Source: Candidatus Nanopelagicaceae bacterium (GTDB lineage: Bacteria > Actinomycetota > Actinomycetes > Nanopelagicales > Nanopelagicaceae). From it: a DNA stretch of 51,766 nt. The notes below the pieces were generated by a model. It had not been told where the DNA came from and did no database searches. It worked only from the letters and a program-made list of their open reading frames with translations. Where the stretch lies: NCBI GenBank assembly GCA_963924835.1, contig CAWURN010000004.1:1-51766 (forward strand), given 5' to 3'. Numbering within the stretch: position 1 is the first letter of the stretch; each line of letters starts with the position of its first letter. Of the stretch, positions 38,336 through 48,133 are shown in pieces. The position numbers and the translations under genes were made by a program.

Positions 38336-38893
38336 ATGGCAACACCTAAAGATCCCAGCAGAGAAGCGCATTTTCCTGCCATTGAAAAGAAGTATGGCGA
38401 GAAGATGTCATATTGGTTCAAAGTTATGGCCAAGTTAGAAGGCCAAAAATATCCAGAACAGGTTGCGCACCTTCGAGAAAATTATGGCTTCTCGCAAGCC
38501 CATGCAAATGCTCTGGTTATGTATTCCCGTGGTTCTTTATCTGCCAAACGCTTTGAGACACCAGCCCAATATTTCAAAACTTTGGAACCAAAACAGGCGA
38601 CAAAAGTTCGCGCAATCTTGAAGGCTATAACTTCAAAATACCCAGATTTAGAACTTGTAATCGCTTGGAATCAACCGATGCTAAAACTTGGTGACCACTA
38701 TGTTTTTGGAGTTTCAACGGCAAAAAACCACATTCTCTTCGCCCCATGGAGCCAGGATGTTCTAGAGAAATTCAGGCCAAAGATGGCAGACCTTGATGTT
38801 AAGAAAAAGACTATTGGCGTGCCAAATGATTGGAAAGTCGATGAGAAGTTATTGCAAGCAATGGTTAAAGCCAGAATTGCTGAAACTAAATAA
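38336..38893 (+). CDS. DUF4287 + DUF1801(YdhG)-like two-domain protein
   Basis: N-terminal HFPAIEKKYG...YGFSQAHANAL and C-terminal ELVIAWNQP...MVKARIAE. Confidence 0.65.
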   Translation: MATPKDPSREAHFPAIEKKYGEKMSYWFKVMAKLEGQKYPEQVAHLRENYGFSQAHANALVMYSRGSLSAKRFETPAQYFKTLEPKQATKVRAILKAITSKYPDLELVIAWNQPMLKLGDHYVFGVSTAKNHILFAPWSQDVLEKFRPKMADLDVKKKTIGVPNDWKVDEKLLQAMVKARIAETK

Positions 38894-38897
38894 CTAC

Positions 38898-40970
38898 TTA
38901 AGCGTCGATTCGATCACGAGCAATATCTGCAGTTGAAATAAATTCTTTACGAGGCGCCACTTCGTTGCCCATAAGCAGTTCGAACATCGCTCCTGCGGCG
39001 TTTGCATCCTTCATTGTGATTCGACGTAAGGTGCGATGTGCTGGGTCCATTGTGGTCTCGCGAAGTTGATCTGCATCCATCTCGCCCAAACCCTTGTAGC
39101 GTTGAATTGGTTCTTTCCAACGTTTTCCAGCCTTGGTTAAATCTGCAGTCATCTTCTTCATCTCATCATCAGAATATGTGTAATGAACTTCCCCACGTTT
39201 TCCACCAATAACTTCAATTCTGTGAAGTGGTGGCATTGCGGCAAATACCCGGCCATCTTCGATTAGCGGACGCATATAACGTGAAAGCAGAGTTAGAAGT
39301 AGACAGCGAATATGTGCACCGTCGACATCAGCATCTGACATCAAAATAATCCGGCCGTATCTAGTGTCATCCAGAGTAAATGAACGTCCTGAACCCGCAC
39401 CGATTACTTGGATGATTGAGGCACATTCGTTGTTCTCCAGCATCTGAGAAAGCGATGCTTTCTGAACGTTCAAAATCTTTCCTCGGATCGGCAAGATTGC
39501 CTGGAATTCTGAGTTTCGCGCTGCCTTCGCTGTTCCAAGTGCGGAGTCGCCCTCGACGATATAAAGCTCGGTGCGATCAGTGTCATCTGAGCGGCAATCT
39601 GAGAGCTTTGTTGGAAGCGATGAACTTTCTAAGGCATTTTTACGACGTTGAATATCTTTATGGGCGCGTGCTGAAATTCTGGTTCTCGATGCGCCAGCAA
39701 CTTTCTCAAGAGCCATCTTGCCAGTGGCTTTATCAATTCGCTTAGTTGTTGCAAAAAACTTCTTCATCTCTTCGCCAACTACTGCAGTAACAATCTTTGT
39801 TGCAGCGGCAGTTCCCAAAACTTCCTTGGTCTGACCTTCAAATTGTGGCTCTGACATTCGCACAGTTACGACCGAGGTAAGGCCTTCTAGAACGTCATCT
39901 TTAATTACATCGCCTTCATTATTCTTCAAGGTCTTTGTGGCGCGAAGAGCGTCGTTAAATGCTTTGGTGATTGCTCGTTCGAAGCCTTGAACGTGAGTTC
40001 CACCCTTTGGTGTTGAAATAATATTTACGAAACTAGATAGCGTGTTTTCATAACCGTTACCCCACTGCAGTGCAATGTCCACGTCCATCTCACGATTAAC
40101 CTCGGTTGGCATCATGTGTCCTTTTTCATCAAGGACTGGAACTGTTTCGGTGTATTCACCGGATCCGGTTAATCGAATTACTTCACCAATTGGGTCATCA
40201 GGGCGAAGGAAAGAACAGAATTCAGAAATTCCACCTTTGTGAAAGAACTTCTCAGTTGTCTTTGTCTTTGTGCGATTGTCATTAACGATAAGCGTTAGGC
40301 CAGGAACTAAGTAAGAAGTTTGACGTGCGCGAGCGTAAATTTCTTCGATTGCGAGTTCGGCCTCTTTTAGAAAAATTTGACGATCGGCCCACCATTTAAT
40401 TCGTGTACCAGTAACTTTGGCATTTACTTTTCCAATAATGCGAAGTCCAGAACTTTCAGTAAATGGCGCCTTTGGTCCATCGCCATCAAAGATTCCTGCG
40501 TTACCGCGTTGGAAAGACATCCAATAGATTTTCCCATTACGGTCAACTTCTACATCAAGACGTGATGCAAGTGCGTTAACAACAGATGCACCAACACCAT
40601 GCAGACCACCAGAAGCAGCGTAAGAACCGCCACCGAATTTTCCACCGGCATGCAACTTAGTCATAACAACTTCAACACCAGTTAGTCCAGTCTTCGGCTC
40701 TTTATCTACCGGAATTCCGCGACCATCATCATGAACTTCTACTGAGCCATCTGATTCCAAATTAATCTCAATGTTCTTGCAATGTCCGGCAAGTGATTCG
40801 TCTACCGAGTTATCAATAATTTCCCAGAGACAGTGCATGAGTCCACGAGAATCGGTTGTTCCGATATACATTCCGGGACGTTTACGAACTGCATCCAGGC
40901 CCTCTAATACGGCGAGATCTTTGGCGTTATAGCCATTATCAGTTGTTGATGCGAGATCATCGGTAGCCAC
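38898..40970 (-). CDS. parE: Type IIA topoisomerase subunit B (topo IV ParE-like)
   Basis: LEGLDAVRKRPGMYIG, EIIDNSVDE, GGLHGVG, VEGDSA, PIRGK, DADVDG and QRYKGLGEM motifs; likely GTG start at 40970; located near sigA. Confidence 0.88.
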   Translation of the reverse strand: MATDDLASTTDNGYNAKDLAVLEGLDAVRKRPGMYIGTTDSRGLMHCLWEIIDNSVDESLAGHCKNIEINLESDGSVEVHDDGRGIPVDKEPKTGLTGVEVVMTKLHAGGKFGGGSYAASGGLHGVGASVVNALASRLDVEVDRNGKIYWMSFQRGNAGIFDGDGPKAPFTESSGLRIIGKVNAKVTGTRIKWWADRQIFLKEAELAIEEIYARARQTSYLVPGLTLIVNDNRTKTKTTEKFFHKGGISEFCSFLRPDDPIGEVIRLTGSGEYTETVPVLDEKGHMMPTEVNREMDVDIALQWGNGYENTLSSFVNIISTPKGGTHVQGFERAITKAFNDALRATKTLKNNEGDVIKDDVLEGLTSVVTVRMSEPQFEGQTKEVLGTAAATKIVTAVVGEEMKKFFATTKRIDKATGKMALEKVAGASRTRISARAHKDIQRRKNALESSSLPTKLSDCRSDDTDRTELYIVEGDSALGTAKAARNSEFQAILPIRGKILNVQKASLSQMLENNECASIIQVIGAGSGRSFTLDDTRYGRIILMSDADVDGAHIRCLLLTLLSRYMRPLIEDGRVFAAMPPLHRIEVIGGKRGEVHYTYSDDEMKKMTADLTKAGKRWKEPIQRYKGLGEMDADQLRETTMDPAHRTLRRITMKDANAAGAMFELLMGNEVAPRKEFISTADIARDRIDA

Positions 40971-41189
40971 GGAGATGAAGGTTATCTTGTGCCGGGTGAT
41001 TTTCTTGGTTGATTGCAACTACTTTTCAAGAATTTGCAGAAAAATATTAATTCAGGGCATTTACAGGAAATTATCTGCGATTTATGACACGCCCGAGCGT
41101 GAATTTTGATATTTTAACGAGCGGGGAATAAACCTTTCGTGGTTTGATGTTCCCCTAGGGAAGAACAACCAACAAGTAAGAGGAGCGAA

Positions 41190-41411
41190 ATGACCGAGCA
41201 GATAATTCTCGAAACCACACCGCTCAATGCTGTCGATCGTTGCGACCGCTGCGGAGCCCAAGCATATGTACGTGCCGTAATGCTAAATGGTGGCGAGCTC
41301 TTGTTCTGTGGACATCACGCTAAGGAATATGCTGAAAAATTAAAACCAGTAGTTAAAGCAATCCAAGATGAAACTGCCAAATTAACTGCAGTCTCATCTG
41401 ATAATAACTAA
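41190..41411 (+). CDS. Small conserved actinobacterial Cys/His protein (probable Zn-binding)
   Basis: DRCDRCGAQAY...LLFCGHH, strong SD AGGAG; lies between parE and sigA. Confidence 0.8.
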   Translation: MTEQIILETTPLNAVDRCDRCGAQAYVRAVMLNGGELLFCGHHAKEYAEKLKPVVKAIQDETAKLTAVSSDNN

Positions 41412-41426
41412 CTAAATAACTAGCTC

Positions 41427-42902
41427 TTAATCTAAATAATCGCGCAGAACTTGTGAACGCGATGGGTGACGTAGTTTTGACATCGTCTTAGATTCAATTT
41501 GGCGGATCCGCTCACGTGTAACGCTGTAAACCTTGCCGATTTCATCCAAAGTCTTCGGTTGGCCATCAGTTAAACCAAAGCGCATCTTCACTACGCCGGC
41601 TTCACGTTCGGACAACGTTCCAAGAACTGAATGCAATTGTTCTTGAAGCAATGTGAATGAAACTGCGTCAGCAGGAACAATCGCTTCCGAGTCTTCAATC
41701 AAATCTCCGAATTCAGAGTCGCCCTCTTCACCTAGTGGAGTGTGAAGTGAAATTGGCTCACGGCCATACTTCTGAACTTCAACAACTTTTTCAGGTGTCA
41801 TGTCAAGTTCTTTTGCTAACTCTTCTGGTGTCGGTTCGCGACCAAGATCTTGAAGCATCTGTCGTTGAACACGTGCAAGTTTGTTAATAACTTCAACCAT
41901 ATGAACCGGAATACGAATTGTGCGGGCCTGGTCTGCCATCGCGCGAGTAATTGCTTGGCGAATCCACCAGGTTGCATATGTCGAGAACTTGTAACCCTTT
42001 GTGTAGTCGAACTTCTCAACTGCGCGGATAAGGCCAAGGTTTCCTTCTTGAATTAGATCCAAGAACAACATGCCACGACCGGTGTAACGCTTTGCAAGTG
42101 AGACTACAAGACGAAGGTTCGCTTCAAGCAAGTGATTCTTTGCGCGCTTTCCATCAAGAACTAATTGCTCAAGTTCACGCTTATATTTCTTATCAATCTT
42201 CTTCTCGTGCTTAATGATTTCTTCCGCAAATAGGCCAGCTTCAACACGAAGTGAAAGGTCTACTTCCATCTCAGCATTTAGAAGTGGCACGCGACCAATC
42301 AGCTTTAGATAATCCTTAACTGGGTCGGCTGTTGCGCCTGCAGTTAATACGGTTTGGACTGGTGCGTCATCTTCTTCAGAATCCTTGATAGTGAAAGCAT
42401 TCTCTTCGTTCTGAGATTCTTCCGCGACATTTACAACGCGAATTTCGCTCTCTTTTTCCTCTTCAATGATCTCTTTAACTTCTTCAACCAAAGTTTCGAG
42501 ATCTTCTAATTCAACTTCTTCTAATTCAACTTCTTCGCCATCAATCTTTGTGATGATTGGCTTGCCAGGTTTTCCTTCAACTACTGGCTTTACACCAAGT
42601 GCGGCAAGGCGCTTTGCTTCAAGTTCAGCTTTTGTTGGAAATAGTTTCTTTCCAGTTGTTGCTGGCGCAACTTTCTTTAAACCTTTATTTGCTTCTGCTA
42701 ATTTCCTGGCCTCTAACTCGGCTTTGGTTGGAAAGCGGTTCGGGCCTGATGACTTCTTTACAATTTTCTTTGGCTTCTTTGTTGCAGCTTTCTTTGCAGT
42801 CTTCTTAACAGCAGATTTTTTCGCAACAACTTTTTTAGTTGCAGCTTTTTTCACTGTCTTCTTACTGCTAGCGCCATTTTTTTGCGCACGAATTCCAGCC
42901 AC
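41427..42902 (-). CDS. sigA: Principal sigma factor SigA/HrdB
   Basis: [40 protein letters not shown] and [10 protein letters not shown] motifs. Confidence 0.96.
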   Translation of the reverse strand: MAGIRAQKNGASSKKTVKKAATKKVVAKKSAVKKTAKKAATKKPKKIVKKSSGPNRFPTKAELEARKLAEANKGLKKVAPATTGKKLFPTKAELEAKRLAALGVKPVVEGKPGKPIITKIDGEEVELEEVELEDLETLVEEVKEIIEEEKESEIRVVNVAEESQNEENAFTIKDSEEDDAPVQTVLTAGATADPVKDYLKLIGRVPLLNAEMEVDLSLRVEAGLFAEEIIKHEKKIDKKYKRELEQLVLDGKRAKNHLLEANLRLVVSLAKRYTGRGMLFLDLIQEGNLGLIRAVEKFDYTKGYKFSTYATWWIRQAITRAMADQARTIRIPVHMVEVINKLARVQRQMLQDLGREPTPEELAKELDMTPEKVVEVQKYGREPISLHTPLGEEGDSEFGDLIEDSEAIVPADAVSFTLLQEQLHSVLGTLSEREAGVVKMRFGLTDGQPKTLDEIGKVYSVTRERIRQIESKTMSKLRHPSRSQVLRDYLD

Positions 42903-43025
42903 AATTCATCCTTTGGTTTGCCTGGCCTCTGATCGGACCAGCGAAACTTGCTTGGCTATATTATAAATTGTCCACAGGCATTTATGCACATCGCAAAACG
43001 CTTGGCCTGCGCAACTATTTTCGAA

Positions 43026-44135
43026 TTAATTGCTGGAATTGCCCTTTAGCCCAATTGCGAGCGCATCTTTGAGCACACTCCCCACAGTTTCGACCTCAAT
43101 TAGAAAGCCGTCATGGCCAAATGGTGAGGAAATCGTCACAAGCGGCAGGGCCGTCGGGGTCAATTCAATGATTTCTTCCTGAAGTCTGGGCCAGAAGAGG
43201 CGATCTGAATCAATAGATATAACCACAACCGGAATCTTGATTGTTGCCAAGGCCTCTGCCACGCCCCCACGATCGCGACCAACATCGTGCGAATTCATGG
43301 CATCGGTCAAAGCAATATAAGTATTGGCATCAAATCTCTTAGCCAACTTTGTGGCTTGATGATCTAAATATGATTCGACGGCATATCGACCGGTGTCATC
43401 GCCTTGCAGTTCTCGACCAAAGCGCACATCCATCTCGGTCTCGGTTCGGTAAGTCAGGTGAGCGATACGACGGGCAATTCCCATGCCTTCTGTCGGACCC
43501 TGCTCTTGCTCGTAATAATCTCCGCTATTGAAATGTGGGTCAGATTTAATTGCGCGAATTTGAATCGATGCGGCGCCAATTTGATCGCCGGTAGCAACTG
43601 CTGATGAGCCAATTGTGCAGATTGCATTCACACGGGTTGGGTGTTGAATCGCCCATTCAAGTGCGCGCATTCCGCCAAGTGATGGACCAACTGCCAATAT
43701 GTAATGTGAAATTCCGAGAGCATCCGTCAAAGCTAATTCGGCTGCAACCATGTCGCGAATAGTCACTGTTGGAAATCTAGAGCCCCAACGTTTTCCATCT
43801 GGTGCAAGTGAAGATGGACCAGTGCTTCCCTGGCATCCGCCAATTACATTTGGGCAGATAACAAAATATTTATCGGTATCAAGTGGAAGTCCCGGGCCGA
43901 CCATCGAAGGCCACCAACCAGGAACATCCGACCAGCCAGTTAAAGCATGATTTACCAGAATTGCATTATCGCCCGCTGAATTTAACTTGCCCCAACTTTG
44001 ATACGCAATTGTTGTATCTAAAAGTTTTTCACCAGACTCTAATTCGAGGTCTCCGATTTTTAGGAATTGCCGATCACCGGGGTCATGGGTTTCAAGCCAA
44101 GCCCCAGTGATATGACAATTACAGTCAGATGCCAT
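43026..44135 (-). CDS. metX: Homoserine O-acetyltransferase
   Basis: HALTG, GSTGP, GPSLGG, FDAN and GHDGFL motifs. Confidence 0.93.
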   Translation of the reverse strand: MASDCNCHITGAWLETHDPGDRQFLKIGDLELESGEKLLDTTIAYQSWGKLNSAGDNAILVNHALTGWSDVPGWWPSMVGPGLPLDTDKYFVICPNVIGGCQGSTGPSSLAPDGKRWGSRFPTVTIRDMVAAELALTDALGISHYILAVGPSLGGMRALEWAIQHPTRVNAICTIGSSAVATGDQIGAASIQIRAIKSDPHFNSGDYYEQEQGPTEGMGIARRIAHLTYRTETEMDVRFGRELQGDDTGRYAVESYLDHQATKLAKRFDANTYIALTDAMNSHDVGRDRGGVAEALATIKIPVVVISIDSDRLFWPRLQEEIIELTPTALPLVTISSPFGHDGFLIEVETVGSVLKDALAIGLKGNSSN

Positions 44136-44156
44136 GAATTAAGTTTCGCAGATTAA

Positions 44157-45476
44157 TTATTTTGTGGCGGCAAAACCATCGGTGATATCAGCTTTAATAT
44201 CTTCGATGTTTTCGATGCCAACAGATAAGCGAATTAATCCCGGTGTTACACCTGCAGTTAATTGTTCTGCTGGTGATAATTGTGAGTGAGTAGTTGAAGC
44301 TGGGTGGATGACGAGTGAGCGAACATCACCAATGTTTGCAACATGTGAGTGCAACTTAAGTGCTTCTACAAACTTCTTTCCGGCTTCGATTCCACCCTTT
44401 ATTTCAAAGGAGAGAACTGAGCCAGAGCCAGTTGGTGCATATTTAGTGGCCAACTTGTGCCAAGGTGAAGATGGAAGAGATGCGTAGTTAACTTTTTCAA
44501 CGCTTGGTTGCTTCTCAAGCCAAGTGGCAAGTGTCTTTGCATTTGAAACATGGCGTTCCATGCGCAGTGAAAGTGTTTCAAGTCCTTGCGCCAATAACCA
44601 AGCGTTAAATGGGCTAACAGCAGCACCCATATCGCGAAGTAGAGTCAGGCGAATCTTGAAGATGTAAGAGAGGTTTGCGCCAAATGCAGAACCCACACCA
44701 AGTGCTTGGGAATAAACAATTCCGTTATAACTTGGATCTGGTTGGTTGAATCCTGGGAAGCGATCTTTATGTTGGGCATAATCGAACTTGCCTGAATCAA
44801 CAATCGCGCCGACAACTGAGTTTCCGTGGCCAGCAAGGAACTTGGTCGCTGAGTGAACTACAACATCCGCACCAAACTCAATCGGACGAATCAAATATGG
44901 TGTCGCAACAGTGTTATCAACTATTAGCGGCACGCCATTTTTGTGCGCAATATTTGCAACGGTTTCGATATCCAGAACATCATTCTTTGGATTCGCAATT
45001 GTCTCGCCGAAGAAAGCCTTGGTATTTGGCTTAACTGCGGCTTGCCATGAAGCAGGATCATCTGGGTTTTCTACGAAGGTTACTTCGATACCAAACTTTG
45101 GAAGTGTGTAGTGGAACAAGTTGTAGGTTCCGCCATAAAGACTTGGTGAAGAAACAATGTGATCACCAGCTTCAGCAACGTTTAGCACTGCATAAGTTGT
45201 AGCGGCTGAACCTGATGCAACTAAAAGCGCGGCGACGCCACCTTCGAGTGATGCGATGCGTTGTTCAACAGCATCTTGAGTTGGGTTCATGATGCGGGTG
45301 TAAATATTTCCAAGTTCGGCTAGACCAAAAAGATCTGCGGCATGCTTGGTGTCGCGGAATTGATATGCAGTTGTTTGATAAATCGGAAGTGCATGCGCAC
45401 CCGTTGTTGGATCAGGAACTTGACCGGCATGAACCTGACGAGTTTCAAATGAAGCTTCACCTAATGAAAATGACAT
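44157..45476 (-). CDS. metY: O-acetylhomoserine sulfhydrylase
   Basis: PIYQT, YTRIMNPT, HSATKF, ANIGD and HPASTTHSQL motifs. Confidence 0.94.
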   Translation of the reverse strand: MSFSLGEASFETRQVHAGQVPDPTTGAHALPIYQTTAYQFRDTKHAADLFGLAELGNIYTRIMNPTQDAVEQRIASLEGGVAALLVASGSAATTYAVLNVAEAGDHIVSSPSLYGGTYNLFHYTLPKFGIEVTFVENPDDPASWQAAVKPNTKAFFGETIANPKNDVLDIETVANIAHKNGVPLIVDNTVATPYLIRPIEFGADVVVHSATKFLAGHGNSVVGAIVDSGKFDYAQHKDRFPGFNQPDPSYNGIVYSQALGVGSAFGANLSYIFKIRLTLLRDMGAAVSPFNAWLLAQGLETLSLRMERHVSNAKTLATWLEKQPSVEKVNYASLPSSPWHKLATKYAPTGSGSVLSFEIKGGIEAGKKFVEALKLHSHVANIGDVRSLVIHPASTTHSQLSPAEQLTAGVTPGLIRLSVGIENIEDIKADITDGFAATK

Positions 45477-45521
45477 TACAGACCTCCCAGAAATTAAGGG
45501 GGTAGCGTTTTTTATTCGTTA

Positions 45522-45633
45522 CCCACGCTTGCCAATTGCAATTTGCAACTGACCTGGTCTTCACCCGGAGCACCCCACCGTGGTGGAGGGTTGCCGTCCA
45601 GTAAGCCGGGGCTAAAACCTGGAACTCATGACC
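45522..45633 (-). ncRNA. SAM-IV riboswitch
   Basis: Minus strand GGTCATGAG...AGCCCCGGCTTACTGGACGGCAACCCTCC...GGTGGGGTGCTCCGGGTGAAGACCAGG...GCAAGCGTGGG upstream of metY; TACAAT -10 element at 45642-45647. Confidence 0.9.
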
Positions 45634-45674
45634 TTGGAGAAATTGTAAATAACTAGTTGGGCGATGTCTAATTG

Positions 45675-46463
45675 CTAATAATTTGCAGCAAGGGTTATGA
45701 ACTCAGCAAGCGCCTTGGAATAGCTGTCGAACATAGGACCGGGATTCAAATCTTGATCTACTAGTAAGTCGGCTCGATTTTCCAACATGATTGAAGAGAC
45801 CCGGGCATCTAGCTGATAGAAATCCAGCGGAACGTAGGTTCCGGCATAGGGCTGGTTTAGAACGCTCTCCCCAAATATGGCAAATTGCGATTGAGCAAGT
45901 TCTACCAATGGGGCTGGAGTATGAAATGAATCGGTGCCAATACAAACTGGCGGCCGGGCCTGTCCGTGGTTTACCGCATTACGGTGCTGCTCATTTCGGT
46001 AGGAATGAAAATCAATAATCAAGGCCTTGCCACATTCTTGTAATTTGGTATCAACCAAATCGGTAAGCGCTTTGGCATATGGATCGAAGTATTGTGAGAT
46101 TAGCTTTATGCCATCGAATTTAGGATCGCGAAGTTGTGCGCCTGTAGAACTCTTTAAATATACGGCGCCCATTCCAACTTGATTCATAATCTCGCGTTCA
46201 TCTGGAAAGCGTTCTGGATCAATAACTAAGCGCGAGAATTTATTTATAAATAGCGTTGGCGGCGTAGATAAGTTTGCGGTTGCGTGTAGCACCATTTCAG
46301 CGGTTAAAGAATCAGTTAGCTCATTTAATTCGGCTTCCAGTTCGCTATCGCCCAACAGAATTTCTGCTCTTATTTCATTTGGGATATATCTGGCCGAATG
46401 TGGAACGTGAACGATTAGGTGTGAAGTTGGATCTCCATCAATAATCTCAAAATTTACTGCCAC
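45675..46463 (-). CDS. N-formylglutamate amidohydrolase family protein
   Basis: HVPHS, TD, SRLVIDPER, IIDFHSY, NQPYAG and IMLENR motifs. Confidence 0.82.
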   Translation of the reverse strand: MAVNFEIIDGDPTSHLIVHVPHSARYIPNEIRAEILLGDSELEAELNELTDSLTAEMVLHATANLSTPPTLFINKFSRLVIDPERFPDEREIMNQVGMGAVYLKSSTGAQLRDPKFDGIKLISQYFDPYAKALTDLVDTKLQECGKALIIDFHSYRNEQHRNAVNHGQARPPVCIGTDSFHTPAPLVELAQSQFAIFGESVLNQPYAGTYVPLDFYQLDARVSSIMLENRADLLVDQDLNPGPMFDSYSKALAEFITLAANY

Positions 46464-47212
46464 TAAAGGCGACCAGCCTCGTGAACTCGCTTTAAGAACT
46501 CCTTGGTTTCAGGCTGCTTTGGAGTTTCCAGAATCTGGGCCGGAGATCCCCACTCAAGAATTTTTCCGTGGTGCAGGAAGCAAACTTCATCGGCAACTTG
46601 CTTTGCGAATCCCATTTCGTGAGTTGCCAAAACCATGGTCATGCCCTCAATTTTTAAATCTCGAACCGTCGAAAGAACTTCATTAACTAAAACCGGATCC
46701 AGCGCAGATGTAATTTCATCTAATAATAAAAGCCTCGGAGCCACTGCAATTGATCTGATTATGGCTACCCGTTGCTGCTGGCCACCGCTAAGGCGATCTG
46801 GATAATTCTCCGCTTTATCGTGCAATCCAAAACGATCCAACAACTTATAAGCGTTCTCTCTTGCAACTTCTTTCGAAATTCCCTGGACTTTCATGGGCGC
46901 CAAAGTGATGTTGTCGATTACCTTCATGTGGGGAAAGAGATTGAAGGATTGAAATACGATGCCCAATTTTCGGCGGACCTTATCGACATCAGCATCTACC
47001 GCCGTTATATCTTCACCATCCAAGACAATCGAGCCATCATCAATTTGATCCAGCAGATTTATACAGCGAAGCAAGGTCGATTTACCTGAGCCAGATGAAC
47101 CGATAAATACGGTCGCGGTATGCACGGGCACCGTAAAAGAAATATCTTCAAGGACGACTTCAGAGCCATATGACTTGCGCAATTGTTTAACTTCTAGAAC
47201 TGGTTGACTCAT
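46463..47212 (-). CDS. Polar amino acid ABC transporter ATPase
   Basis: GSSGSGKS, LSGGQQQRV, LDEITSALDP and THEM motifs. Confidence 0.93.
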   Translation of the reverse strand: MSQPVLEVKQLRKSYGSEVVLEDISFTVPVHTATVFIGSSGSGKSTLLRCINLLDQIDDGSIVLDGEDITAVDADVDKVRRKLGIVFQSFNLFPHMKVIDNITLAPMKVQGISKEVARENAYKLLDRFGLHDKAENYPDRLSGGQQQRVAIIRSIAVAPRLLLLDEITSALDPVLVNEVLSTVRDLKIEGMTMVLATHEMGFAKQVADEVCFLHHGKILEWGSPAQILETPKQPETKEFLKRVHEAGRL

Positions 47213-48120
47213 GCAACACCTGTCGCATTCTGTCGCTCGATTGAACGCCTTAGCGTGCGATCGGTGAATCTAGTAAGCGGAATTGTTATAAGTAGGAAAA
47301 TGATTGCAGCCATCACATAAGGCGTGTAATTAAAGCTTCGGCTACTTGCAATCTGAGCTGCACGCACTGCATCTGTGACACCAAGAATCGAGACAAGTCC
47401 GGTGTCCTTGATTAGGGCGACCAAGTCATTTAAAAGTGGAGGTGTAACTCTTCGAAATGCCTGTGGCAGAACCACATAACGCAAACTTTGAAAATGGCTT
47501 AAACCTAAGGATCTTGCCGCCGCACGTTGGCTGGGATGAATTGTCAGAATTCCACTTCGAATTACTTCCGCCACGTAAGCGGTGTAAGTAATAACTACTG
47601 CAATTGTTCCGAGGATTAAAACATTATTTGTAAGTCCTTGGATTCTAAGTGCTGGAATTCCAAAACCGACTAGGAGAATTACTAAAAGCATCGGGATGCC
47701 GCGAAATACATCGACATAAAGAGTTGCCAGAATTCTAAATGGCGCAAGAGCGGGAGATCTTGAAGTTCTAATTAAGGCGATGCTCAATCCGAATATTGCA
47801 ACACAGGTTGATGCAATCAAAGTTAGCATCACATTTGTTCCGAAACCTAGAATTATTTTCGGTAATACCTCGACGCCATATGCCCAGGCAAAGAAAGTAT
47901 CGGATAAAGATTTCCAGCCAGGAGAGGTAATAGCGATTAAAGCCAGACCACCGATAACAACAATGCTGGACAGGACGGCAATTATTGAATTGCGAACGTT
48001 GCGGGCTTTGCGGGCTGCTCTTCTAGCAATTTCGAGTTCGCTTGGAACCCAGTCCCCGCCAAAGTTATAGGGCGCCGCACCTGAATTCGATTCAGATGGA
48101 CGCCCCATATCTTTACTCAT
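47209..48120 (-). CDS. Polar amino acid ABC transporter permease
   Basis: FRGIP, AYVAEVIRSG, AARSLG, VVLPQA and IKDT motifs. Confidence 0.92.
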   Translation of the reverse strand: MSKDMGRPSESNSGAAPYNFGGDWVPSELEIARRAARKARNVRNSIIAVLSSIVVIGGLALIAITSPGWKSLSDTFFAWAYGVEVLPKIILGFGTNVMLTLIASTCVAIFGLSIALIRTSRSPALAPFRILATLYVDVFRGIPMLLVILLVGFGIPALRIQGLTNNVLILGTIAVVITYTAYVAEVIRSGILTIHPSQRAAARSLGLSHFQSLRYVVLPQAFRRVTPPLLNDLVALIKDTGLVSILGVTDAVRAAQIASSRSFNYTPYVMAAIIFLLITIPLTRFTDRTLRRSIERQNATGVA

Positions 48121-48133
48121 ATTAGGTTGGAGA

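Noticed and set aside
32878-41018. Long N-terminal extensions given by the ORF track for suhB, sepH, the phosphodiesterase and parE (also pfk and the SBP)
   Set aside because: They create head-to-head overlaps or lack homology-like sequence; downstream starts have a -10 element or SD at the correct spacing.
42466-42966. 166-aa Phe/Ser-rich plus-strand ORF
   Set aside because: Antisense mirror of the Lys/Glu-rich sigA N-terminus.
45522-45633. SAM-IV riboswitch as a novelty
   Set aside because: Canonical-looking element in its expected context (metY-metX); listed as a feature only.
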